Shown piece by piece: positions 51,418 through 60,126 of a DNA stretch of 64,000 nucleotides. Both the position numbers and the translations under genes were made by a program. The stretch is taken from positions 24,733 through 88,732 of the forward strand of contig CAZWJE010000004.1 in NCBI GenBank assembly GCA_964634395.1. Reading direction: 5' to 3'. This stretch comes from an uncultured Gemmatimonas sp. (GTDB taxonomy: Bacteria; Gemmatimonadota; Gemmatimonadetes; Longimicrobiales; Longimicrobiaceae). Below the pieces are notes generated by a model. The model searched no databases. It was not told the DNA's origin and saw only the letters and a list, made by a program, of their open reading frames with translations. The stretch's first letter is position 1. Each line of letters starts with the position of its first letter.

Positions 51418-53238
51418 ATGTCTATGGCGATCCGTAATATCGCGATCATCGCGCACGTCGACCACGGCAAGACGACCCTCGTCGACCACATGCTCCGCCA
51501 GGCCGGGACGTTCCGGGAGAATCAGCAGGTGGCAGAGCGAGTGATGGACTCGAACCCGATCGAACGGGAACGGGGGATCACGATCCTCGCGAAGAACCTG
51601 TCGGTACGATGGGGCGACGCGAAGATCAACATCGTGGATACTCCGGGCCACTCGGACTTCGGCGGCGAGGTCGAGCGTATCCTGCGGATGGTGGATGGCG
51701 TGGTCCTGCTGGTCGACGCGGCCGAAGGTCCGATGCCGCAGACCCGTTTCGTCACGCGCAAGGCGCTCGAGCTGGGCCTCCAGCCGATCGTGGTGGTGAA
51801 CAAGATCGACCGGGGTGACGCCGACCCGCGCCGCGTACACGATGAGATCCTCGAACTCTTCATGGAACTCGAGGCGACGGATGCGCAGATCGACTGCCCG
51901 TTTCTGTACGCGATCGGGCGGGAGGGTGTGGTGATCCGCGAGCTCACGGATCCCCGTGAGAGCCTGCGTCCGCTTTTCGAGACGATCCTGCGGACGATCC
52001 CGGAACCGCGGCGGGAGACCGGGGCGTTCCAGATGCTCGTGTCCACGATCGATTATTCACCCTACCTGGGTCGGCTGGCGATCGGACGGATCGAGCGGGG
52101 GACCGCGCGGGTGGGCGCGAGTGTGGTCGCCCTGCATCAGGACGAGGACCCGGGGACGGCGCAGCGGACGAAGGTGAGCCGCCTGTACGCCTTCGACGGG
52201 CTCGAGCGGGTAGAGGTGGAAACGGCCGACGCGGGGGATATCGTGGCGGTCGCCGGCCTTCCCGAGGTCGAGATCGGCTCCACGATCTGCGACTTCGAGG
52301 TGCCTGAGGCGCTGATGGGGATCCGGGTGGAGGAACCGACGGTCTCCGTCGACTTCATGGTGAACAACTCTCCGTTCGCGGGACGGGAGGGGAAGTACGT
52401 CACCAGCCGGCAGCTGCGTGAGCGGCTCCTCAAGGAGCTGGAGAGCAACGTCGCGCTGCGTGTCGAGGAGACGGATTCACCGGATACGCTGACGGTCTCC
52501 GGCCGGGGCGAGCTGCACCTGGGGATCCTGATGGAGACGATGCGGCGGGAGGGTTACGAGTTCGCCGTTTCCCGGCCGCGGGTGATCGTCCGCTCGGTGG
52601 ACGGGCAACGACGGGAGCCATACGAAGAGGCGACGATCGACGTGCCCGAAGGTCTGACCGGAGCCGTGATCGAGAAGCTGGGTCAGCGTCGGGGCGAGAT
52701 GCTCGAGATGAGGAACCCGGGAGGGGGGCTCGTCCGGCTGATCTACCGGATCCCCGCGCGTGGTCTTTTCGGGTACCGTTCCGAATTCCTGACGGACACC
52801 CGGGGCGAGGGCCAACTTCATCACCGCTTCCTCGAGTACGGCCCGTTCGTCGGCCAGATGGGGACACGTCCGCGAGGCGTGCTGGTGAGCATGATCGATG
52901 GGGCGACGGTCGCCTACGCGCTCGGCCAGCTACAGGAACGGTCCTCGTTTTTCGTGGCGCCGGGAGATCCGGTCTACGAGGGGATGATCGTGGGCGAGAA
53001 CGCCCGGCCCGGCGATATGGAGGTGAACGTCACGAAGGGGAAGAAGCTGACGAACATGCGGGCGTCGGGATCCGACGAGAACATCCTCCTGGAACCGCCG
53101 CGCCGGATGTCGCTGGAGGACGCGCTCGGCTATATCGCCGACGACGAGCTGATCGAAGTGACACCGAAGGCCTTCCGGCTGCGGAAGCGGCTGCTGGGCG
53201 CGAGCGACCGAAAGAAGGCGTCGCGAGCGTCAGCGTAA
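51418..53238 (+). CDS. typA: Translational GTPase TypA/BipA
   Basis: [19 protein letters not shown] (G1), DTPGH (G3), NKID (G4), and an EF-G-like C-terminal region. Confidence 0.9.
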   Translation: MSMAIRNIAIIAHVDHGKTTLVDHMLRQAGTFRENQQVAERVMDSNPIERERGITILAKNLSVRWGDAKINIVDTPGHSDFGGEVERILRMVDGVVLLVDAAEGPMPQTRFVTRKALELGLQPIVVVNKIDRGDADPRRVHDEILELFMELEATDAQIDCPFLYAIGREGVVIRELTDPRESLRPLFETILRTIPEPRRETGAFQMLVSTIDYSPYLGRLAIGRIERGTARVGASVVALHQDEDPGTAQRTKVSRLYAFDGLERVEVETADAGDIVAVAGLPEVEIGSTICDFEVPEALMGIRVEEPTVSVDFMVNNSPFAGREGKYVTSRQLRERLLKELESNVALRVEETDSPDTLTVSGRGELHLGILMETMRREGYEFAVSRPRVIVRSVDGQRREPYEEATIDVPEGLTGAVIEKLGQRRGEMLEMRNPGGGLVRLIYRIPARGLFGYRSEFLTDTRGEGQLHHRFLEYGPFVGQMGTRPRGVLVSMIDGATVAYALGQLQERSSFFVAPGDPVYEGMIVGENARPGDMEVNVTKGKKLTNMRASGSDENILLEPPRRMSLEDALGYIADDELIEVTPKAFRLRKRLLGASDRKKASRASA

Positions 53239-53517
53239 GGACACATCGAGCGAAAATCCGCGCTCTTTCCGAGCGGCCGGCCGGCGTGGCCATTCCGGCC
53301 TCCATGACCGCGCGCGACCGCCCGAATCGCGCGACGGATCCGCGCCGGATTCTCCCGCGGTTCCGCCAGGAAAAGTGGCGGGGGACGTCCATCCTCCAGT
53401 AGATCTTGACACCGGAGACCCGCCCCTTACTTTGCGGCGAAAATGCTCCACGGAGGCGCCGAAGGGACCGCCGCCGTGAGTCCCCACACTCATCCGGCGT
53501 GGAGAGGAGACTTCGGA

Positions 53518-53763
53518 ATGGTGGATGTAAAGGTTGCGACCGGGACCGACGACACCGTGGACTTGTGGGCGGATCCCTTCATGGCCCGCTTCAGCGACGA
53601 AGAAGACGGCTGGGATTCCGGCGAGGGTGAGAAGTGGGAAGAGGAGGAGGACGAGGAGTGGGAGGAAGAGGACGAGGATGATTGGGATGAGGAGGAAGAG
53701 GACGAGTGGGAAGAAGAGGAGGACGAATGGGAGGATGGAGACGACGACGAGGGTGACTTCTGA
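53518..53763 (+). CDS. Small highly acidic Trp-periodic protein (81 aa)
   Basis: GGAGAGGAGA SD 9 nt upstream. MVDVKVATGTDDTVDLWADPFMARFSDEEDGWDSGEGEKWEEEEDEEWEEEDEDDWDEEEEDEWEEEEDEWEDGDDDEGDF, with Trp every 7-8 residues in a D/E matrix. Followed by a terminator. Confidence 0.45.
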   Translation: MVDVKVATGTDDTVDLWADPFMARFSDEEDGWDSGEGEKWEEEEDEEWEEEDEDDWDEEEEDEWEEEEDEWEDGDDDEGDF

Positions 53764-53841
53764 GTTGACTGCCTGACTCTCTCCGGCCCTTCTGTCCGGG
53801 AGCAGACGACTTTCGCCGGCGACGGCGAGGACGAATAAAAA

Positions 53842-53885
53842 GGCCGATCGGCGGATGGACGACGCCGGTCGGCCTTCGTTGTATT
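53842..53885 (+). terminator. Rho-independent terminator after the acidic protein gene
   Basis: ggccgatcggcg-gatggacga-cgccggtcggcc followed by ttcgttgtatt. Confidence 0.55.
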
Positions 53886-54015
53886 CGGAATCCATCGGCC
53901 CTTCCCCGCGCGATGACCGGCCGCGACGGTAATCTGGCCACCGTGTTGCAGAGCAGGGAGGCGTTCCGCCGAAGAGTTCGCGGCATGAAGCAACGGCTCG
54001 ATCACGGAGGCTCTC

Positions 54016-56634
54016 GTGAACGGATGCCAGGCCGGGTGGAGGACGGGGCGGTTTTGGGGAAGGATCTCGACACTCCTCATCGCGGCGACGATGGGCATGA
54101 CGGATTGCGTCGCGCTCGCCGCGCAGAGGCCGGTGGGGGACTCGGTGGTCGTGGTCGCGGGGGAGCGATACGCGGCGGGACGGGTGAAACGACTCCTGCT
54201 CGGTAACGGATACCGGGACCTCTGGGTTACGCCGATTCGTGTACCGGTGCTCTGGCCCGACACGGCGGCGGGGGGTCTCACCATCCTGCGTGAGGGTGGT
54301 GGCGAGCAGACGGTGTCACTGCTCTTCCTGGGGGCGGACAGCGTCGAGTACTTCTTCCGGTCCGTCGACAAGAGGCAGGGAAGCACCCTTCCGGAGGATC
54401 TTCGGGGGACGGTGATCGCGGACATCGTCCAGGATCTGGTGTCGGCGAAGCATCCGGGAAGCGCGATGGTGGCCGGGGCGCTCCTGGACGCGGCGGGAGT
54501 GCGGCATCCGGGTCCGCGGCTCGCGGTCATGGCGGACCATCCGCTGCTCGGAGAACATCGGAGCACTTTCGCGGGGCGTCTCGGGATGTTCGAGGAGCGT
54601 CCCGAGGAAGTGGCGGGATCCGCCAGCTCGTTTCGTGACTATCCTCGGGTGATCGGAACGGAACGGCTCTTCGAACGACTGGACGAGTCCGTCCTGGACC
54701 GGGTCGATGACCGCGCCTACCTGGCCGCGCGGTTGATGGACTTGCTCCTCGGCGACTGGGATCGTCACCCCGATCAGTGGCGCTGGGGTCAGCGGGACCG
54801 CGCGGGCGTCCGTGGTTGGGTCCCCATCCCCCGCGACCGGGACAACGCGTTCTCCCATGTGGATGGGCTCGTCGGATACGTGGGGAACCGCTTTCTGCCG
54901 ACGATCGTGCGGTATGAGGCTGAATACCCGGATCTGTACGCGCTCGTCCACGGGGCGCAATCGATCGATCGGAGGATCCTGACCTCGATTCCACGCGAGA
55001 CGTGGGTGGAGGTCGCGGTCGAATTGCGGGACCGGCTCACCGACGAAGTGATCGACGACGCGGTCCGACGGCTTCCCGACGATTGGGAGACAGTCAACGG
55101 GGAATCGCTCGCCGCGAAGCTGCGCGCCCGAAGAGACGCGCTCCCCCTGGTCGCCGCCCGCGTGTACGAGATGATGGCGAGCGAGGTCGAGGTGCGCGGC
55201 ACCGATGGCGCCGACGAGGCACTGATCGAGCGGATGCCGGATGGGTCGGTCCACGTCCGCCTCGCCGCGCTGGAGCGAGGCGCGGAAGTCTACTACGACA
55301 GGGTCTTCCATCCGACGGACACGCGCGAGGTGCGGGTCGATCTGGGAGCGGGTAACGACCGTGCCTTCGTGACCGGCGAGGGAGGCGAGATCACCATCCG
55401 GGTGATCGGAGGTTCGGGAGACGATCATCTGGAGGACCGGTCGCTCACGCCGGACCGGGCACTCACCGCGCTCTACGATCACGAAGGGGCGAACGCGCTG
55501 GTCGGCTCGCCCGGCGGGGACACGGTGATCGACGAGCGGGAGCCTCCGTCACGCCGCGCTCATGAACCGGTGTTCGAGGACAACGCGCCGCCCGCGCGGG
55601 ACTGGGGGATCGAAGCGTCACTGGTGACGCCGCGGCTGGGCTGGCGGAGCGAAATCGGGCCGGTGTTGGGTCTCGGCCCACGCTGGGGTCGTTTCGGTTT
55701 CCGCCGTCACCTCTACGCGGAGATGTTCAGTGTGGCGGCGCTCTACGCACCGTTCCACAACCGTATCGGCGTCGAGGCGGAGATGCGGTTCCCACGCGCG
55801 AGGATCGGTGACGAGATCACTATCTCGGCGCTCGGGTCGGGAATCAACGTGACCCGTTTCCACGGGTTCGGGAACGATACACCGTCGATCGATGATACGG
55901 ACGACTATCTGGTGTGGTCGACGGATTACGAAGTGGCGGCGGCGTTCATCGAGCGAGCGGACTACGGGTTCGAGGCCTCGATCGGGCCTGTGGTGCGCCA
56001 TCTCGAACCGGACGTGGTGGCGGGTTCACCGGCGTCGAGCGGGACGGTTCCCGGCGGCCGCCCCTACGGCGTCGGCGGTCTGCGCGGATCACTTGGCGTA
56101 GGCGAGCGGGACTCGTCCGGCTACCCGAGACGTGGCTTTCTCCTGCGGTTGACCGCCGACGGATACCCCGCCACCTGGGGACAGGTGGACGACGGGTTCG
56201 TGCGCGGCTCGATCGCCGGCGTTGGCTATATCCCCCTGCCGACCGGGCTCGATCCCACCCTCGCGTTTCGCTTCGGAGCGGCGCGGACGCAGCGCGGCGC
56301 GCCCTTCCAGTTCGCTCCCGCGATCGGTGGCGCCTCGACGTTGCGGGGCTTTCGCACCCGACGATACACTGGCGACGTGGCCCTCAACTGGAGCGCGGAA
56401 CTGCGGGCGCGGCTTCTGCGGGGCAACCTCCGCCTCGTCCGGGGCGAGATCGGGGCGATCGCGCTCATCGACGCCGGGCGGGTTCTCGTATCGGGTGAGG
56501 ATTCGGGAGGCTGGCACTACGGGACGGGCGGCGGCCTCTGGTTCGGAATGCTCGACCGGTCGCTGACCGCGCACGTCGTTTATGCGCACGGGGAGAAGGG
56601 CGGTTTGTACGCGGGGTTGGGGATGCCGTTCTGA
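54016..56634 (+). CDS. Large secreted/outer-membrane protein (872 aa) with C-terminal beta-barrel-like (Omp85/surface-antigen-like) region
   Basis: N-terminal signal-like segment. Central LGDWDRHPDQWRW motif region. The C-terminal ~300 aa are Gly/aromatic-rich alternating beta-strand pattern ending in GLGMPF. Confidence 0.45.
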   Translation: MNGCQAGWRTGRFWGRISTLLIAATMGMTDCVALAAQRPVGDSVVVVAGERYAAGRVKRLLLGNGYRDLWVTPIRVPVLWPDTAAGGLTILREGGGEQTVSLLFLGADSVEYFFRSVDKRQGSTLPEDLRGTVIADIVQDLVSAKHPGSAMVAGALLDAAGVRHPGPRLAVMADHPLLGEHRSTFAGRLGMFEERPEEVAGSASSFRDYPRVIGTERLFERLDESVLDRVDDRAYLAARLMDLLLGDWDRHPDQWRWGQRDRAGVRGWVPIPRDRDNAFSHVDGLVGYVGNRFLPTIVRYEAEYPDLYALVHGAQSIDRRILTSIPRETWVEVAVELRDRLTDEVIDDAVRRLPDDWETVNGESLAAKLRARRDALPLVAARVYEMMASEVEVRGTDGADEALIERMPDGSVHVRLAALERGAEVYYDRVFHPTDTREVRVDLGAGNDRAFVTGEGGEITIRVIGGSGDDHLEDRSLTPDRALTALYDHEGANALVGSPGGDTVIDEREPPSRRAHEPVFEDNAPPARDWGIEASLVTPRLGWRSEIGPVLGLGPRWGRFGFRRHLYAEMFSVAALYAPFHNRIGVEAEMRFPRARIGDEITISALGSGINVTRFHGFGNDTPSIDDTDDYLVWSTDYEVAAAFIERADYGFEASIGPVVRHLEPDVVAGSPASSGTVPGGRPYGVGGLRGSLGVGERDSSGYPRRGFLLRLTADGYPATWGQVDDGFVRGSIAGVGYIPLPTGLDPTLAFRFGAARTQRGAPFQFAPAIGGASTLRGFRTRRYTGDVALNWSAELRARLLRGNLRLVRGEIGAIALIDAGRVLVSGEDSGGWHYGTGGGLWFGMLDRSLTAHVVYAHGEKGGLYAGLGMPF

Positions 56635-56710
56635 TCCGTTCACTCCGCTCGAGACGGCGGCCCGGTGTCGCTTCCGTGACGATCGGGCCGTTCACCTGGG
56701 AGATGGGACG

Positions 56711-57130
56711 ATGATCAGATTTCTTTTCGGCATTCCGGAAAATCCGCGAAGTACCGACCTGGGCCTGATGATCCTGCGAGTCGTGGCCGGGCTGGCACTC
56801 GCGTTCCTCCATGGCTTCGGGAAGATTCCTCCGACCGAGCAGTTCCTGGGGATGGTATCGGCGATCGGGGTGCCCGCACCCGTGCTGATGGCCTGGCTGG
56901 CCGGACTCGCCGAGTTCGCGGGCGGCCTGCTGATCGCCATCGGCCTGTTCACCCGGCCGGCCGCCGTCGTGCTCATCGTTCACTTCCTGGTCGTCGTGCT
57001 CGTCGCCCATGCCCCGGACCCGATCGCGACACGCGAACCGGCGCTTCTCTTCCTCTCGATCGGCGTGCTGCTCCTGCTGGCCGGACCGGGGCAATTCTCG
57101 TTCGACGCGGTGCTGAAGCGGAATCGCTGA
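56711..57130 (+). CDS. DoxX-family membrane protein
   Basis: Four TM helices (ILRVVAGLALAFLHGFGK..., MAWLAGLAEFAGGLLIAIGLFTR...). Confidence 0.7.
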   Translation: MIRFLFGIPENPRSTDLGLMILRVVAGLALAFLHGFGKIPPTEQFLGMVSAIGVPAPVLMAWLAGLAEFAGGLLIAIGLFTRPAAVVLIVHFLVVVLVAHAPDPIATREPALLFLSIGVLLLLAGPGQFSFDAVLKRNR

Positions 57131-57267
57131 GGCGGGAGGAATGAGCCGGTACATGGCGCCCGCGCATCCGGCTGGGTCAGCTCCGGGCTCGGGGCGCGTA
57201 CACGACCACGAATGATCACGGATGTGGCGGGGCCGGACACCTCACCGAGGCTACCGTCGCGAAAAAA

Positions 57268-57317
57268 CCTGATCCCCACAAGGCGTCCAGGGCCTTGCGG
57301 GGATCAGGTTTTCTTCG
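57268..57317. terminator. Strong hairpin terminator abutting the tRNA-Ile 3' fragment
   Basis: aaaaaa-cctgatccccacaagg-cgtccagggc-cttgcggggatcagg-ttttcttcg. A-run on one side and T-run on the other, so it could act in both directions. Confidence 0.5.
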
Positions 57318-57319
57318 AT

Positions 57320-57363
57320 GGGCCTGGGAGGAGTTGAACCTCCGACCTCACGCCTATCAGGAC
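57320..57363 (-). repeat. Partial copy (3' ~44 nt) of tRNA-Ile; attL/attR-type direct repeat of the 59706-59749 segment
   Basis: tgggcctgggaggagttgaacctccgacctcacgcCtatcagg versus tgggcctgggaggagttgaacctccgacctcacgcTtatcagg at 59706: identical except 1 nt. The 5' half of a tRNA is absent here. Confidence 0.7.
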
Positions 57364-57588
57364 ACCGCCGCGCGTTCGGTGAGCTACGGAAATAAGGGAT
57401 TCCCAGCGTTCGAGCTTCCATAGGATGGGGCTGTTTATAATGGGTTCTGGCACCGATTTCGGCACCGCTCGGGCTACCTCGTAGGATTCACGCTGCCGCC
57501 CCACAGGATTGCCTCCATAGGCCCGTACGAATAGTTTGGACGAAATCGGACGTTTTGTCCGGTTACATCCAGTTCCTCAGGAGGATGT

Positions 57589-58161
57589 GTGCCCGGCAGC
57601 GAGTACGAAAAGGTTGTTGAGCTGGCGGCGGATCAGTACGGCTACGTCACAACCTCGCAGGCCCGAGAGGGCGGCGTCAGACCCGACACCCTCAGAAAGA
57701 TGGCCGGACGAGGAACCCTCGAACGGGCGAGTCGAGGGCTCTACCGAGTCCCAACCTTCCCGCATTCACCGTACGCCGAATACATGGAGGCTAGTCTCTG
57801 GCCGGCAGGGATCCGTGGCATTATTTCGCATCAATCAGCCTTGGCGCTCCGTGAGCTCTCGGACGTCAGTCCCTCCGCGGTTCACATCACCATACCGGCC
57901 GACTTCCGGATCCGTCGGGACGTGCCCGCCCATCTCGTTATCCATCACGCGAGGCTCACGGACGAGGACGTTACGCTCTTCGAGGGAATCCCGTGCACGA
58001 CCGTAGCACGAACCATTGAGGACTGTCACCGCGCTCACATGGGCACCGCTCTCCTCCGCCAGGCGATCGAGGATGCGAAACGAGAGGGCTTCTTGAGCCC
58101 CACCAAAGCTACCGAGCTCAGTAAGCGGGTCCTCACGGCAGGTGTGAGCAGCGGTGAATAG
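57589..58161 (+). CDS. abiEi: AbiEi-type antitoxin / transcriptional regulator (type IV TA, abortive infection)
   Basis: GTG start with AGGAGG SD. N-terminal wHTH-like (VVELAADQYGYVTTSQAREGGVRPDTLRKMAGRGTLERASRGLYR) and a C-terminal domain. Overlaps the toxin start by 8 bp. Confidence 0.55.
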   Translation: MPGSEYEKVVELAADQYGYVTTSQAREGGVRPDTLRKMAGRGTLERASRGLYRVPTFPHSPYAEYMEASLWPAGIRGIISHQSALALRELSDVSPSAVHITIPADFRIRRDVPAHLVIHHARLTDEDVTLFEGIPCTTVARTIEDCHRAHMGTALLRQAIEDAKREGFLSPTKATELSKRVLTAGVSSGE

Positions 58162-59002
58162 GCGGCGGAATCCACCTCCTTCAGTTCGCCTTCTCACGCA
58201 ATGGGTGGATGCGTATGCCCGTGAGCGAGGGCTTCCCCGCAGGCGAGTCCGGGACTGGATCTCCTACATGATCCTCGGAGGCCGGCTCGAGCGCGCGAGT
58301 TCTGCCGCCGAGGGGCCCCGATTCACGATCAAGGGAGCAGTCGCCCTCGAGATGCGACTTCCCGCAAAGGCAAGGGCCACCAGGGACATCGATCTGGTCG
58401 TCGACGATCTCGGGAGCGCCGATCTAACCGCCGCCTTGCGGAACGCGCTCGAAGGCAGCTATCAGGGCTTCTCCTTCCGACTGAAGGGTGAGCCTCATGT
58501 CATGCCGAACGAATCCGTACGTGTTCAGGTCGCTCTGGACTACAGGGGCCGGAGCTGGGGCACGGTCCAAGTGGATCTTTCCCCTGGTGAAGGGGACGGG
58601 ACCGAGATCGAAATGGTGGAGCCACTTGGACTCGATCCGTTTGGGCTGAATACGCCTGTCGTCCTGCCCTGCATCTCGTTGCGCTATCACATCGCGCAGA
58701 AGATTCACGCGATGACATCGCCTCCTCTCGACAAGGCGACGCCGAACGAGCGCTTTCGAGACCTCGTTGATCTTCTCCTCATGCGGGAAATCACCACCGA
58801 TCTGAGTGGTGTGCGAAGGGCCTGTGTGGATGTGTTCGCTGTCCGCAAGAAACATCGATGGCCGCCGGTGCTCGAGCCGCCCGCGTTCTGGGAAGAGCCA
58901 TTCGCGTCGCTCGCCGAGGAAGTCGAGCTTCCCGTGCGCAGCCTCGAAGATGCCGTACGCGAAGCCCGATCCTTCATCGAAGATGTCGAGGGGGCCGAGT
59001 AG
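58154..59002 (+). CDS. abiEii: AbiEii/AbiGii-family nucleotidyltransferase toxin (DUF1814-like)
   Basis: Nucleotidyltransferase signature: G(x)...TRDIDLVVDD, a second acidic motif (VQVDLSPGEG), and a C-terminal helical region. Confidence 0.6.
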   Translation: MNRRRNPPPSVRLLTQWVDAYARERGLPRRRVRDWISYMILGGRLERASSAAEGPRFTIKGAVALEMRLPAKARATRDIDLVVDDLGSADLTAALRNALEGSYQGFSFRLKGEPHVMPNESVRVQVALDYRGRSWGTVQVDLSPGEGDGTEIEMVEPLGLDPFGLNTPVVLPCISLRYHIAQKIHAMTSPPLDKATPNERFRDLVDLLLMREITTDLSGVRRACVDVFAVRKKHRWPPVLEPPAFWEEPFASLAEEVELPVRSLEDAVREARSFIEDVEGAE

Positions 59003-59705
59003 CCTCCCCTCCGCACCTGGTCGCCAGAGGGAACACATAGCCAACGACGAACAAGTCGTCCTTCCGCCGTTGTGGGGAGTGCGGGTGGACCGGATCGGAC
59101 AAGAGACGCACGAAGGGGAGACCCACGACAACTCGGTGAATCCGAACTGTGCACAAGGATGGGATTGCAGGTACCCACCTCTCGCTCGGCATTTATGCGG
59201 TAGAGATTCGACAAGATGTTCAGGTGCTTTCGCCGGCTCGCGCCGGAAAGCGAAAGAACCCGCCAGACATGACCGCATTTCTCGCGAGTCGCCGCCAGCC
59301 CGGCGAGAACGGGCTTGCTACCACGGCACTGGGGGCAACGGCCGGGACGCTGGCTGGGCTGTTGCGCGAGATGGCCCATCCAGCGCTGGACCTCCACCAC
59401 CTCGATGGTGTCCAGCTCACGGTCGGCTCCGAGAATTTCCGTGGGGCTCCGGAGGTGCATTTCGGACTGCTCCATCCAAGCTTCCGTGACGGTGTCGGAC
59501 GCCGTCTTCTGCTCCAGATGAGCGGTCTACGACCAGGTCGAGATCAGCGACCTTGAGGAGGCGCAGCGGAAGCTGGATCAGGTGGGAGTACAACGGTAGC
59601 CGAGTAGCATCTCGACACCAACCAAATCGACACCGGAGCGGAAAACCGGGAGAAAACGAAACCGCCACATCACGTATGTGACGCAGCGGTTCCGGCTTAC
59701 AGGAA

Positions 59706-59779
<74 letters not shown>

Positions 59780-60126
59780 AGAGTGCCTACGGGAAACGAC
59801 GAACTTAACTCCCGTGGCGTCGGGTTTCAACCCCCCATATCGCCGCGCGCCGCGCGGTGCCGAAATCCGAATATCCGCATGAGGCGAAGTGGAAATGTCC
59901 TCATTCGGGAATGGTTTCCGGTGCGGTGGAAACCGGACCCCGGAAGGGACGCGGGCGGTTGGACCGAGGGTTGCATCACCCTTCGCGATCCGTTAGGTAT
60001 GGCCCGGGGCCGAGGCCATGATCGGCGACGATCACGGGTACAGCACGGGCGGCGCGTTGCCGTCACGAGAAACAGGAAACGACTCCCCTCGGCCCGATCC
60101 TGTCGACCGAAACGGGGGATTCGAAG

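Noticed and set aside
53490-54566. 358-aa minus-strand ORF with a poly-Ser stretch
   Set aside because: Antisense of the GA-rich acidic-protein gene and low complexity. It crosses a predicted terminator and an intergenic region.
59003-59705. Integrase or excisionase gene within the tRNA-Ile islet
   Set aside because: I read all six frames. There are only short R-rich ORFs (59149-59556 on the plus strand, 58705-59475 on the minus strand) with no recombinase motifs (no R..HxxR..Y or serine-recombinase signature). This is treated as decayed sequence.
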